From an uncultured Gammaproteobacteria bacterium (GTDB taxonomy: Bacteria > Patescibacteriota > Microgenomatia > Levybacterales > JACOYD01), in the NCBI GenBank assembly GCA_964445095.1, contig CAYUJR010000002.1, forward strand, positions 5,176-69,175: 64,000 nucleotides of DNA, given 5' to 3'. The notes beneath the pieces were generated by a model. The model had not been told where the DNA came from. It saw only the letters and a program-made list of their open reading frames with translations, and ran no database searches. Of this stretch, positions 17,861-27,324 are shown one piece after another. The translations under genes and the position numbers were made by a program. Position 1 is the first letter of the stretch; each line of letters starts with the position of its first letter.

Positions 17861-19425
17861 TAGACAAAATTTTTTCAAACATTGTTATTATTGCTTTTAC
17901 AATTCGCACAATTCGCAGTGCTCTATTGCTGGTCGGGCTATGGCAAGTAAAAGAGTATCGTTTTGATAGATTGTGGATTCATTTGCGAGAAACACAAGTC
18001 GGCAGGGAATTTCTCTTTAGTAAAATATCAAACCTCAAATGGCTGCTCGTTATTCTTTATCCTCTAACTTATGCGATGCAATTTCCTGATTGGTTTTTTC
18101 CCTTGCTGGTGGTAGCTATTTATGGTTGGGAAATAATAACTACAAGGCAAATTAAACGTCCAGTTTTAACCGCTAAATCAGTCGTTTTAGTTGGGTTAAC
18201 TCTGTTTATGGCTTTTGTTTTTCTTAACCTACCGCTCTTTGAGATCTTTTTTTGGGTGTTGATACTGGATAAAAGCTTACCTTTGATAGTAGCTATAGTA
18301 GTCTTTTTGCTATCGTTTCCGACGGAAATCTGGCGAGATAGGATAATTCTGCAGGCAGAAGAATTACTGCGCCAGCGCAAAAAATTAACTGTTATTGGTG
18401 TTACCGGTAGTTTTGGCAAAAGTTCCACCAAGGAGTTTGTAGCTCAAGTTTTAAGTGAAAAATTTAAAGTCCTAAAAACTCCCGGTTCACAAAATACTCC
18501 AATTGGTATTGCCAAAACAATCATTAAAGGACTAAGAAAAGATACACAGGTTTTAGTAGTAGAAATAGGAGCTTATAAAATTGGAGAAATAGAAGAAGTT
18601 TGCCAAATTATCAAACCCTCGATAGGTATTTTAACAGGTATTAGCGCGCAGCACCTGTCTCTTTTTGGCAGTATAGATAATATTATTCAGGCTAAGTACG
18701 AACTGATAAAATCTTTACCAAAAAACGGCTTGGCAGTTTTTAACAGTAATAATTTATATTGTCGGGAGCTTTATCAAAAAACAAAAATTAATAAATTAAG
18801 ATATGGTTTTAGTCAGGAAAGTGATGTTAAAGTTAAAGACTGGAAAGTTAACCCGCAAGATTTGAGATTTACTTTTCAGATTGGCCGGACTCGGCAGTCG
18901 GTAAAAATTAATTTACTGGGACGCCATAACGTCGAAAATCTGCTGCCGGCGATTCTGGTGGCTCATCATTTAGGCATGACGCTAATACAAATAAAAAAAG
19001 CTCTGGAAAAAATTTCTTATCTGCCCCTGACCATGCAACCGATTAAGTTTATGAACGCCATGTTTATTGATGACACTTTTAATGCCAGCCCCGAAGGAGT
19101 CAATGCCGCCTTTGACTATCTAAAAGTTTTCAAAAAAAGAAGAAAAATTCTTATTCTTACTTCCCTGATTGAATTGGGAAAAGAAGCGGATAAAGTTCAT
19201 GAGAACTTAGGCCGAGAAGCCGGCAATATTTTTGATATCGTATATCTAACTAATAATAATTTTGCTCAAAGTTTTGCCGATGGCCTAAAAAGAGGAAAAA
19301 AAACAACTAATTTCCGAATTGCCAGAAGTAAAGAAATTAAGGAGATGCTTCTGGGAAATATAGAGAAGGGCGATGTAGTGCTTTTTGAAGGAAAAGAGGC
19401 GGGGACAGTTCTAAAATTACTATGA
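17857..19425 (+). CDS. murF: MurF ligase with N-terminal membrane domain
   Basis: ~150 aa hydrophobic N-terminus, GVTGSFGKSSTKE, N..IG, EIGAY, QHL..F, IDDTFNASP, ELG. Confidence 0.88.
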   Translation: MIDKIFSNIVIIAFTIRTIRSALLLVGLWQVKEYRFDRLWIHLRETQVGREFLFSKISNLKWLLVILYPLTYAMQFPDWFFPLLVVAIYGWEIITTRQIKRPVLTAKSVVLVGLTLFMAFVFLNLPLFEIFFWVLILDKSLPLIVAIVVFLLSFPTEIWRDRIILQAEELLRQRKKLTVIGVTGSFGKSSTKEFVAQVLSEKFKVLKTPGSQNTPIGIAKTIIKGLRKDTQVLVVEIGAYKIGEIEEVCQIIKPSIGILTGISAQHLSLFGSIDNIIQAKYELIKSLPKNGLAVFNSNNLYCRELYQKTKINKLRYGFSQESDVKVKDWKVNPQDLRFTFQIGRTRQSVKINLLGRHNVENLLPAILVAHHLGMTLIQIKKALEKISYLPLTMQPIKFMNAMFIDDTFNASPEGVNAAFDYLKVFKKRRKILILTSLIELGKEADKVHENLGREAGNIFDIVYLTNNNFAQSFADGLKRGKKTTNFRIARSKEIKEMLLGNIEKGDVVLFEGKEAGTVLKLL

Positions 19426-20645
19426 TTGCTATTTCACTTTCTCCAAATACGCAAAAAAAGGATTATATGACAGCTCTTGCTCAGCTTTTCTCTCCCTGGT
19501 CTTATATCCATGGGCAATACGTCAAGAAAGTTGAGCAATGGTTTCAAAAATATTTTAATGCTCGTTTTGCCATTAGTTTTGACAGCGGCCGCTCGGCCCA
19601 ATACGCTATTCTCTCGGCGTTAGGGATAGGAAAAGGGGACGAGGTGTTAATTCAGGCTTTTACTTGCGTGGCAGTACCTAATTCTGTGTTGTGGACCGGA
19701 GCAAAACCCATTTTTGTTGATATAGAAAAAAATTCTTATAATATGTCGCTAGGGGATCTGGTAAAAAAGATTAACAAAAATAGTAAGGCCATAATTGTCC
19801 AGCATACTTTTGGTCAGGCGGCCAAAATTAGTGAAATTTGTCAAATTGCCAAAAAACACAAATTAGTATTAATCGAGGACTGCGCTCACGCGCTGGGCGC
19901 CAGCGTTAATAGTCAAAAACTAGGAACATTTGGAGAGGCGGCCTTTTTTAGTTTCGGACGCGATAAAGTGGTGTCTAGCGTTTTTGGAGGAATGGTTGTT
20001 ACCAGGGATAAGAGGATAGAGGAAAGGGTTAAGGAGTTTCAAAAAAATCTCGCGTATCCCTCAATTTTTTTGATAGTTCAGCAACTGCTTCATCCGATAT
20101 TTTTCTCCATGATTCTGCCAACTTATAATTTTTTTAATCTTGGTAAAGTTATTTTGAAAGTTAGTCAGGCGCTCCACTTATTAGGTAAACCAGTGATAGA
20201 AATGGAAAAGAAGGGACAGAGGCCCAGGTTTTATCCCCGAAAACTGCCTAATAGTTTGGCCAGACTAGCTCTAGTTCAGTTAGGGCGACTGGAAAGTTTT
20301 AATAAAAAAAGAAAGGTAATAGCCGCTGTATATGCCAAAGAGCTTAGTATCAAGATAAAAGACCAAGATATTCATGTCCGTTTTCCGCTTTTGGTTAATC
20401 GTCGAGACGAGTTATTAAAATCGGCCAAGAGTAGGGGAATTCTGCTGGGTGACTGGTATTCTCACGTGGTCGACCCCAAAGGTGTAGATTTGACAAAAAT
20501 CGGTTATGCTTTCGGTAGCTGTCCGATGGCAGAACAATCAGCAACCAAAATTGTTAATCTGCCAACCTATCCCAGGATGTCGGTTAATGATGCCCAAAAA
20601 GTTGTACGAATTGTCAAAAACTATGTTAATAATAAAAACAGTTGA
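19422..20645 (+). CDS. DegT/DnrJ/EryC1/StrS-family PLP aminotransferase
   Basis: SGR, FTCVAV, IEDCAHALG, FSFGRDK (PLP Lys), GGM, NLPT. Confidence 0.9.
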   Translation: MIAISLSPNTQKKDYMTALAQLFSPWSYIHGQYVKKVEQWFQKYFNARFAISFDSGRSAQYAILSALGIGKGDEVLIQAFTCVAVPNSVLWTGAKPIFVDIEKNSYNMSLGDLVKKINKNSKAIIVQHTFGQAAKISEICQIAKKHKLVLIEDCAHALGASVNSQKLGTFGEAAFFSFGRDKVVSSVFGGMVVTRDKRIEERVKEFQKNLAYPSIFLIVQQLLHPIFFSMILPTYNFFNLGKVILKVSQALHLLGKPVIEMEKKGQRPRFYPRKLPNSLARLALVQLGRLESFNKKRKVIAAVYAKELSIKIKDQDIHVRFPLLVNRRDELLKSAKSRGILLGDWYSHVVDPKGVDLTKIGYAFGSCPMAEQSATKIVNLPTYPRMSVNDAQKVVRIVKNYVNNKNS

Positions 20646-21639
20646 TAATAAAGACAATTGGGAAAAATTTTTGCTTGCTCAACCCTATCAGCCTTTTTTC
20701 CAGAGTTGGAGTTGGGGAGAAATACAGGAAGGGTTAAGGAATCGTGTTTTGAGACTTGGTGTTTATGACCCTTCAACAAGTTCAGGGCTGGTGGGTATTT
20801 GTCAGATCGTCGAAGTTAGGGCTAAACGCGGTAATTACTTTCACCTGCGGCATGGTCCGCTATTGACAAATTTTAAGAAACAATTCCCCTTGTTAATAGC
20901 TGAAATTATTAAGATAGCCCGCGCCGCCAAGATGGACTTTATTCGGATGTCACCATTATTGACCGAAGACTTTGAGATTAAGTTTTTACAAAAACGGGGG
21001 CTTCGTAATTCTCCAATTCATAATATGGATGCGGAAAATGCTTGGGTTTTGGAACTTAACATTAGTGAAGAAGAATTATTAAAGCAGATGAGGAAGACCA
21101 CTCGTTACTTAATTAAAAAAGGGGAGCGGTCAGGTTTAGAGATTACCCCAGCCAAGTCAACGGATGATACTAAAACTTTTCTTAAACTTTATCAAAAGAC
21201 TGCTCAAAAACACGGCTTTGTCCCCCACGGGGGGATTGGGGAAGAAATTGAAGTGTTTAAAAAGGATGGGCAGGCAGAATTGTTTTTGGCGCGGTACAAA
21301 AAAAAGATAATTTCTGGGGCATTGGTGATATTTTATGGTAATTCGGCCATTTACCATCATGGGGCGACAGACCCAAAGTACGAATATCTCTCCCCTTCTT
21401 ATTTACTGCAATGGGAAGCGATCAAAGAAGCTAAAAAAAGAGGAAAGAAAATCTATAATTTTTGGGGAGTGGTTCCCCCATCAAAACCTCACCATCCCTG
21501 GCAGGGTTTGACTCTTTTTAAAACCGGCTTCGGCGGCCGTCGCGTCAACTTCATCCACGCCCAAGACCTGCCGTTAACGCCTTGGTATTGGAAAACATAT
21601 ATAATTGAGACTATAATGAGGATTAGGAAAGGATATTGA
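20623..21639 (+). CDS. FemABX-family peptidoglycan bridge aminoacyltransferase
   Basis: FFQSWSWG, HGP, LL.QMRKTTRY.I, YHHGA, YLLQWEAI..AK.RG...YNFWG, GL..FK.GFGG; start placed at ATG 20623. Confidence 0.9.
   Translation: MLIIKTVDNKDNWEKFLLAQPYQPFFQSWSWGEIQEGLRNRVLRLGVYDPSTSSGLVGICQIVEVRAKRGNYFHLRHGPLLTNFKKQFPLLIAEIIKIARAAKMDFIRMSPLLTEDFEIKFLQKRGLRNSPIHNMDAENAWVLELNISEEELLKQMRKTTRYLIKKGERSGLEITPAKSTDDTKTFLKLYQKTAQKHGFVPHGGIGEEIEVFKKDGQAELFLARYKKKIISGALVIFYGNSAIYHHGATDPKYEYLSPSYLLQWEAIKEAKKRGKKIYNFWGVVPPSKPHHPWQGLTLFKTGFGGRRVNFIHAQDLPLTPWYWKTYIIETIMRIRKGY
20769..20787 (-). repeat. REP-like hairpin in frame within the FemABX gene
   Basis: cccttcaacaagttcaggg (reverse cccTGAActtgTTGAAggg) encoding PSTSSG. 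Confidence 0.7.
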
Positions 21640-22260
21640 GTGGAAGTTGCATCGGCTGTAGCAAGAGTTGCACGAAGAACTGTTGAGGGTCGTACTCACG
21701 CCCCAGATGTGATTAGTTGGATTGAGACAAATCCGGTCGAACTTCAAAATCTACTTGATAATTTTGATAAGGTTATTAATAGATTTAATAGTATAAATTT
21801 AGGAGAACCTCCAGTTAGTTTAATTAATGCCATAATAGTCAAAGGAGAGCTTAGTCAAGATCAATTACCAACTTTTAATACAATAATTTCACAATCTCAA
21901 TCAGCTTTCTCCAAAGGATTTCGTTCTTTTGTTAATACACTGAAAGATATGAATAAAATGATGGAAAGAGGCGAAACTACGCAAGCCGAACCGTTTCTTG
22001 CTTTCCATAAGACCGAAACAGATACTCCGGCTTTAGTTATAGGTGGCATTTTCCATACATATGAAGAAATGTTGATGCGTGATCCAAAATTTTCCGGGCG
22101 ATTCAAATGGGGACAATTAGTAGATGCACTTGTTGAAACACTAGCCGAAGATAAAACAAATCCTCTTTATGATGCGGTGGCAAATAAAAGTAGACTGGAT
22201 TGGATTGATGGATGGGAAGGATTTTCGGAGCAATTTCGTAAAGAAAATGGATTTAATTAA
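21640..22260 (+). CDS. Hypothetical protein
   Basis: 206-codon ORF in operon orientation; no motif recognised. Confidence 0.6.
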   Translation: MEVASAVARVARRTVEGRTHAPDVISWIETNPVELQNLLDNFDKVINRFNSINLGEPPVSLINAIIVKGELSQDQLPTFNTIISQSQSAFSKGFRSFVNTLKDMNKMMERGETTQAEPFLAFHKTETDTPALVIGGIFHTYEEMLMRDPKFSGRFKWGQLVDALVETLAEDKTNPLYDAVANKSRLDWIDGWEGFSEQFRKENGFN

Positions 22261-22267
22261 ATGAAAA

Positions 22268-22597
22268 ATGAGTAAATTTGTTAAAATTGTTGTTTATGTG
22301 CCAGAAAGTCATGCCGATATTATCAGACAAGCTATGGGAAATGCCGGAGCCGGAGTAATTGGCAATTATAGTCACTGCACTTTTTCTATTAAAGGCAAGG
22401 GGAATTATAAACCCCTAGAAGGAGCGAAACCATTTATTGGAGAAGTAGGAAAATTTGAAGAGGTGGAGGAAGAAAGAATAGAAACAGTTTGTCCTCAAAA
22501 AAAAGTTAAAGAGGTAATAGAAGCTATTAAAGAAGTCCATCCGTATGATGAAGTAGCCCTAGATATTTATTCGTTGCTAAGTAAAAAAGATTTATGA
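22268..22597 (+). CDS. Stand-alone YqfO/NIF3 PII-like insertion domain protein
   Basis: KIVVYVP..H, AGAG.IGNY..C.F, PLEGA.P.IG, HPYDE. Confidence 0.85.
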   Translation: MSKFVKIVVYVPESHADIIRQAMGNAGAGVIGNYSHCTFSIKGKGNYKPLEGAKPFIGEVGKFEEVEEERIETVCPQKKVKEVIEAIKEVHPYDEVALDIYSLLSKKDL

Positions 22598-23106
22598 AGA
22601 CGATTTTGTATATGGCTATAACTGCTAATGGGTTTATTGCCAGAACTGATGGTAACACAGATTGGACGTCAGAGGAGACTTGGAATGAGAGCTATTTCAA
22701 GCTCTTAAAAAGAACTGGAAATTTAATTATTGGCCATAATACATATGACATTATGCCGCCAAAAGAATTTTTACCAGAAGTTTTGTATATAGTTCTTACC
22801 AAAGGTAAGCCTCTCAAGAAAAAAGTCCCTAATGTTATTTTTACGAATCAAACTGCAAAAGAAGTTCTAAAAATGCTTAGCGACAAGGGTTTTGAAGAGA
22901 TATGTATAGGAGGTGGCAGTATAATAAATTCCTCTTTCATCAAAGAAAATTTAATAGATGAGATAATTCTAGATGTTGAGCCAATTGTTTTTGGGAAAGG
23001 GATCCAGCTTTTTGCCCCGGAAGACTTTGAATATAAATTAAAACTGCTGTCAGTTAAAAACTTAAACAAAAACACAGTTCAATTACATTATAAGGTTTTG
23101 AAGTAA
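22594..23106 (+). CDS. Dihydrofolate reductase/RibD C-terminal family protein
   Basis: YMAIT.NGFIA..DG..DW, IGGG, LIDE..L.V.P..FG.G..LF. Confidence 0.88.
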   Translation: MKTILYMAITANGFIARTDGNTDWTSEETWNESYFKLLKRTGNLIIGHNTYDIMPPKEFLPEVLYIVLTKGKPLKKKVPNVIFTNQTAKEVLKMLSDKGFEEICIGGGSIINSSFIKENLIDEIILDVEPIVFGKGIQLFAPEDFEYKLKLLSVKNLNKNTVQLHYKVLK

Positions 23107-23161
23107 GGCTCCAATAAACTTTGCTACTGCGGGATTAAATGTAGTATAATAACCCAATCTT

Positions 23162-24169
23162 ATGCAGTTGTTGGGTTTAATTATACTTTCTACCTTTATC
23201 ACCGGTCTACTGCTTGTTCCTTTTATTGACTTTCTCTATAAGATGAAGTTCCAGCGGCAAAAGCAGAAGACACGGGATGTTTTTAATAGACATACTCCCA
23301 TTTTTGATAAATTTCATGCCTGGAAAGCCGGTACGCCTTTTGGCGGAGGAGTATTAATTTTAGCAGTAGTGACAGTTTTGACTCTGTGGGCCTACGGCAT
23401 TTTTGAGATTAACATCAAAGGCTGGGAGCTATTTGTTCTGCTTTTTTCTTTTCTGTCCTTTGGGGCGTTGGGATTTTACGATGACCTAAAAAAAATGATT
23501 AATGGCAAAAAGTCAGATTTTTTTGGATTGCGTTTTCGTTATAAATTTTTCATCCAATGGGTGCTGGCCTTTATTATCGGCACTATTTTTTATACTCAAC
23601 TCGGCTACGACTTTTTCTTCATCCGTTTTTTAGGCGAATTTAATATTGGAATTTTATACATTCCTTTGGCGGCTTTTATTATTGTTTCTTTTACCAATGC
23701 CTTTAATATTACAGATGGTTTGGATGGCTTGGCCGGCGGACTTTTCCTCATTTGCATGATTGCTTTCCTGGTTATTTCAGCCGGTTTATTAAATCAGTGG
23801 CTGGGAATTTTTATTGCCATACTAATTGGTTCAGTCATCGCCTTTTTATACTTTAATATTTTTCCGGCCCGGCTGTGGTTGGGAGACGTTGGCTCAATGT
23901 CTCTGGGGGCAATGCTGGCGGTAGTTGGACTTTTAACGGGAAAAATTACCGCTTTGGCTATTATCGGCGGCGTTTTTGTAATAGAAGTAGCTTCTTCTCT
24001 TTTTCAGATTTTGGCAAAGAGATTTTTAGGTAAAAAAATTCTGCCTGTCACCCCCTTTCATCTCTTTTTACAAAACCAGGGATGGGAAGAGCCCAAAATT
24101 GTGATGCGACTATGGCTGCTGGGAGTTCTTTTTGCCGTAGTAGGGCTCTTTATCGCCGGTATTAAGTAA
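23162..24169 (+). CDS. mraY: Phospho-N-acetylmuramoyl-pentapeptide transferase
   Basis: K.GTP.GGG, GFYDD, NAFNITDGLDGL, LGDVGS, PFH, GW.E.KIV.R.W. Confidence 0.96.
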   Translation: MQLLGLIILSTFITGLLLVPFIDFLYKMKFQRQKQKTRDVFNRHTPIFDKFHAWKAGTPFGGGVLILAVVTVLTLWAYGIFEINIKGWELFVLLFSFLSFGALGFYDDLKKMINGKKSDFFGLRFRYKFFIQWVLAFIIGTIFYTQLGYDFFFIRFLGEFNIGILYIPLAAFIIVSFTNAFNITDGLDGLAGGLFLICMIAFLVISAGLLNQWLGIFIAILIGSVIAFLYFNIFPARLWLGDVGSMSLGAMLAVVGLLTGKITALAIIGGVFVIEVASSLFQILAKRFLGKKILPVTPFHLFLQNQGWEEPKIVMRLWLLGVLFAVVGLFIAGIK

Positions 24170-24177
24170 ATTTCTTC

Positions 24178-24942
24178 ATGAATAATTATCCAATCGGCAT
24201 TCTTGATTCTGGAGTTGGGGGTTTATCTATCTGGCGAGAATTAGTCCGTCAGTTGCCCCGCGAGAGCACCGTTTACCTGGCGGACCAGCAAAACTTCCCT
24301 TACCGCCAGAAAAAAGGCTACGAACTCTACCAAATTGTTTCCCAGAGAGTTAACTGGTTTTTAAAAAATAACATTAAGCTGTTGGTAATTGCTTGTAATA
24401 CTGCCACAGTGCATACCCTTGATAAGCTTCGTCAAAATTTTTCAATTCCCATGGTGGGAATAGTTCCCGTTGTCAAAAAAGCAGCCGAGTTAAGCCGAAA
24501 GAAAAAAATCATCGTTTTGGCAACTTCGGCTACAGTCAAAAGTAGATATTTAAAAAAACTCATTGAAAAATTTGCCAACAGCTGCCAGGTTTTTACCCAC
24601 GGGCTTGATGAGATAGTTGACCAAATTGAAGACCTACAAAAAGTGGTTATTACAGAAGAATTAGCCACTTTATTAAAAAAAGATGTTGATGTGGTGGCGC
24701 TGGGTTGTACCCACTACGGTTTTATTAAACCGCAATTGCAAAAACTTTTTGGTAAAGAAGTACTGATTCTCGAGCCTGCCGGAGCTGTCACCAGACAGGT
24801 CAAGCGAGTTTTAACCAACAATCAGACTCTGGCTGGAAAGACAAAACCGCGCTATACTTTTTATACCACGGGAGATGTGGAAAAGTTTAATAAGCAATTA
24901 GGGGTTTTACTAAAGAAAGAATACAGAGTAAACAAGTTATGA
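24178..24942 (+). CDS. murI: Glutamate racemase
   Basis: DSGVGGLS, IACNTA, LGCTHY. Confidence 0.96.
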   Translation: MNNYPIGILDSGVGGLSIWRELVRQLPRESTVYLADQQNFPYRQKKGYELYQIVSQRVNWFLKNNIKLLVIACNTATVHTLDKLRQNFSIPMVGIVPVVKKAAELSRKKKIIVLATSATVKSRYLKKLIEKFANSCQVFTHGLDEIVDQIEDLQKVVITEELATLLKKDVDVVALGCTHYGFIKPQLQKLFGKEVLILEPAGAVTRQVKRVLTNNQTLAGKTKPRYTFYTTGDVEKFNKQLGVLLKKEYRVNKL

Positions 24943-26246
24943 AAAAGTTTAATATTAAAGAAAAAAAAGTTTTGGTCATGGGATTAGGTTTATTGGGCGG
25001 AGGGGTAGCAGCCGCCCGTTATTTTGCACGAAAAGGAGCTAGAGTAACCGTAACTGATTTACGATCTCGAAAGACTCTTCTACCTTCAATTAAAAAACTT
25101 TCAAGGTTACCAATACGATTTATACTAGGCGAACACAGAATAGAAGATTTTGCTAATACAGACTTAATCATTCGCAATCCCGATGTAATGCCCGACTCCC
25201 CATACTTAGAAGTTGCCAGAAAAAAGGGGATTCCCATAGAGATGGCGGAAAGTTTTTTTGCCAAGAACTGCCCGGGTAAAATAATCGGAGTCACGGGAAC
25301 GCGGGGTAAGTCAACTACCGCCACTCTCATTGCTAAAATCTTACAAGATGCGGGAAAAGATGTGGTATTGGCAGGCAACGTGGCAGGAATTGGCACTCTT
25401 ACCTATCTTGATAAAATTGACGTTCGGACAATTGCGGTTCTTGAGCTTTCTTCTTTTCAGTTAAACGCATTAGGTGAGGTTAAGATTAGCCCTGACATTG
25501 CGGTTATTACCAATATTTATCCTGAACATCTTAATCACTATGCTACTTTTGATAACTACGTTGCTGACAAAAAAAATATCTTCCGCTATCAGACCAAGAA
25601 AGACTATCTGGTGCTTAATAAAAACAGCAAGTTTTCTCAAGATTTTGCCAAAGAGGCTCCCTCTAAAGTAATATTTTTTGACTCCGACAATTTATCAAAA
25701 AACTTACCAACCAAATTATTAGGCGAGCACAATAGAGAAAATATAGCGGCGGCTTTAGCGGTGGGACAACTGTTGGGAGTAGAAATGGACTTAATGAGAA
25801 AAACCATCGCTAACTTTAGTCCACTGCCCTATCATCTAGAAAATGTGAGAACTATTAAGAAAATTAAATTTATCAATGACGGAGTCAGTACTTCGCCGGA
25901 GGCTACCATAGCCGCTCTTAATACGTTGAATGGTAATATTATCCTTATTTTGGGCGGTAATGATAAAAAATTAGATTTTAGAGAGCTGGGTTTACTAGTG
26001 TCACGAAAAGTAAAGGCCATTATTATAATGCGAGGAACAGCCGAGTCAAAGATTAAAAAAGCAATTCCCCAAAAGGGGTTGATAAAGGGAGAATTTGATA
26101 ATCTTAGAGAAACAGTCCGGTCAGCCTGGGCGCTTGCCAAGCCGGGAAGTATAATCCTTTTTTCTCCTGCAGCCACCTCTTTTAACTGGTTTAGTAATAC
26201 CTACCAACGAAGTAAGCTGTTCACTGAAATTGTGAAGAGTTTATAA
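24939..26246 (+). CDS. murD: UDP-MurNAc-L-Ala--D-glutamate ligase
   Basis: GLGLLGGG, GTRGKSTT, ELSSFQL, EHLNHY, FSPAATSF. Confidence 0.95.
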   Translation: MKKFNIKEKKVLVMGLGLLGGGVAAARYFARKGARVTVTDLRSRKTLLPSIKKLSRLPIRFILGEHRIEDFANTDLIIRNPDVMPDSPYLEVARKKGIPIEMAESFFAKNCPGKIIGVTGTRGKSTTATLIAKILQDAGKDVVLAGNVAGIGTLTYLDKIDVRTIAVLELSSFQLNALGEVKISPDIAVITNIYPEHLNHYATFDNYVADKKNIFRYQTKKDYLVLNKNSKFSQDFAKEAPSKVIFFDSDNLSKNLPTKLLGEHNRENIAAALAVGQLLGVEMDLMRKTIANFSPLPYHLENVRTIKKIKFINDGVSTSPEATIAALNTLNGNIILILGGNDKKLDFRELGLLVSRKVKAIIIMRGTAESKIKKAIPQKGLIKGEFDNLRETVRSAWALAKPGSIILFSPAATSFNWFSNTYQRSKLFTEIVKSL

Positions 26247-26251
26247 GTGTT

Positions 26252-27322
26252 ATGAGAAATATTGACTTATCTATTTTTTTGATTACAGTCGTACTGGTTC
26301 TTTTTGGAGTTTTGATGGTTTATGATGCTTCATCCGTTATCGCCTTTCGGGATTTTGGCGATAAATACCACTTTATCAAAGATCAAATTAGATGGGTAGC
26401 GGTAGGATTTATTTTTTTAGTTTTTTTTGCCAATTTGGATTACCATTTATTAATAAAATTGGCAATACCGCTCTTCATTTTAACCATAGTTTTTTTAGTG
26501 AGTGTTTTTATACCGGGCTTGGGGATAAAAGCCTCGGGAGCCAGCCGTTGGCTTGATTTTAAATTTTTCGTGCTGCAGCCGACAGAGTTTGCTAAATTAT
26601 CGCTGACAATTTATTTGGCAGCTTGGTTTGCCAATAAGGAAAAAGGCAGGTTTTGGGCTTTTCTATTATTGTTAATGGTGGTAGTGGGATTAGTCATTGC
26701 CCAGCCAGATATGGGGACTGGTATAATTTTAGCTAGTACTTCCATCGCTCTTTATTTTTTATCGGGAGCCAGTATTCTCCACTTTTTACTTATTTTGCCT
26801 ATTTTTGCCCTGACTGCTTTTGCCTTTATCAAAATTGCTCCGTATCGAATGGCTCGAGTACTGACCTTTTTTGACCCGCTGCGCGATCCGCAGGGCACCT
26901 CATATCATATTCAACAAATTTTAATTGCCCTGGGTTCAGGGGGTCTAGTTGGTCTGGGATTAGGACAGTCAAAGCAAAAATTTGAATATCTGCCGGAGGC
27001 CATGACTGACTCGATTTTTGCCATCATCGGTGAAGAAATAGGCTTTATAGGCACTCTATTTTTACTTCTGCTTTTTATCTTACTTTTTGCCAGATGTTTT
27101 AAGGTGGCGCGGGAGGCCCGAGATAATTTTGGCAGACTTTTAGCCGGAGGGATAGTCAGCTTTCTTGCTATTCAAACAGTTATTAATATTGGAGCGCAGG
27201 TGGCTCTTCTGCCGCTAACCGGCGTTCCCCTGCCATTTATATCCTACGGCGGCTCTTCTTTAATAATTTCTCTATCGGCAATTGGTATTATTCTAAATAT
27301 TTCCAAAGTAAAAGATAAATAA
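26252..27322 (+). CDS. ftsW: SEDS peptidoglycan polymerase FtsW
   Basis: GASRW, QPTEFAK, QPDMG, LPEAMTDSIF, GVPLPFISYGGSS; dcw position. Confidence 0.95.
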   Translation: MRNIDLSIFLITVVLVLFGVLMVYDASSVIAFRDFGDKYHFIKDQIRWVAVGFIFLVFFANLDYHLLIKLAIPLFILTIVFLVSVFIPGLGIKASGASRWLDFKFFVLQPTEFAKLSLTIYLAAWFANKEKGRFWAFLLLLMVVVGLVIAQPDMGTGIILASTSIALYFLSGASILHFLLILPIFALTAFAFIKIAPYRMARVLTFFDPLRDPQGTSYHIQQILIALGSGGLVGLGLGQSKQKFEYLPEAMTDSIFAIIGEEIGFIGTLFLLLLFILLFARCFKVAREARDNFGRLLAGGIVSFLAIQTVINIGAQVALLPLTGVPLPFISYGGSSLIISLSAIGIILNISKVKDK

Positions 27323-27324
27323 AG

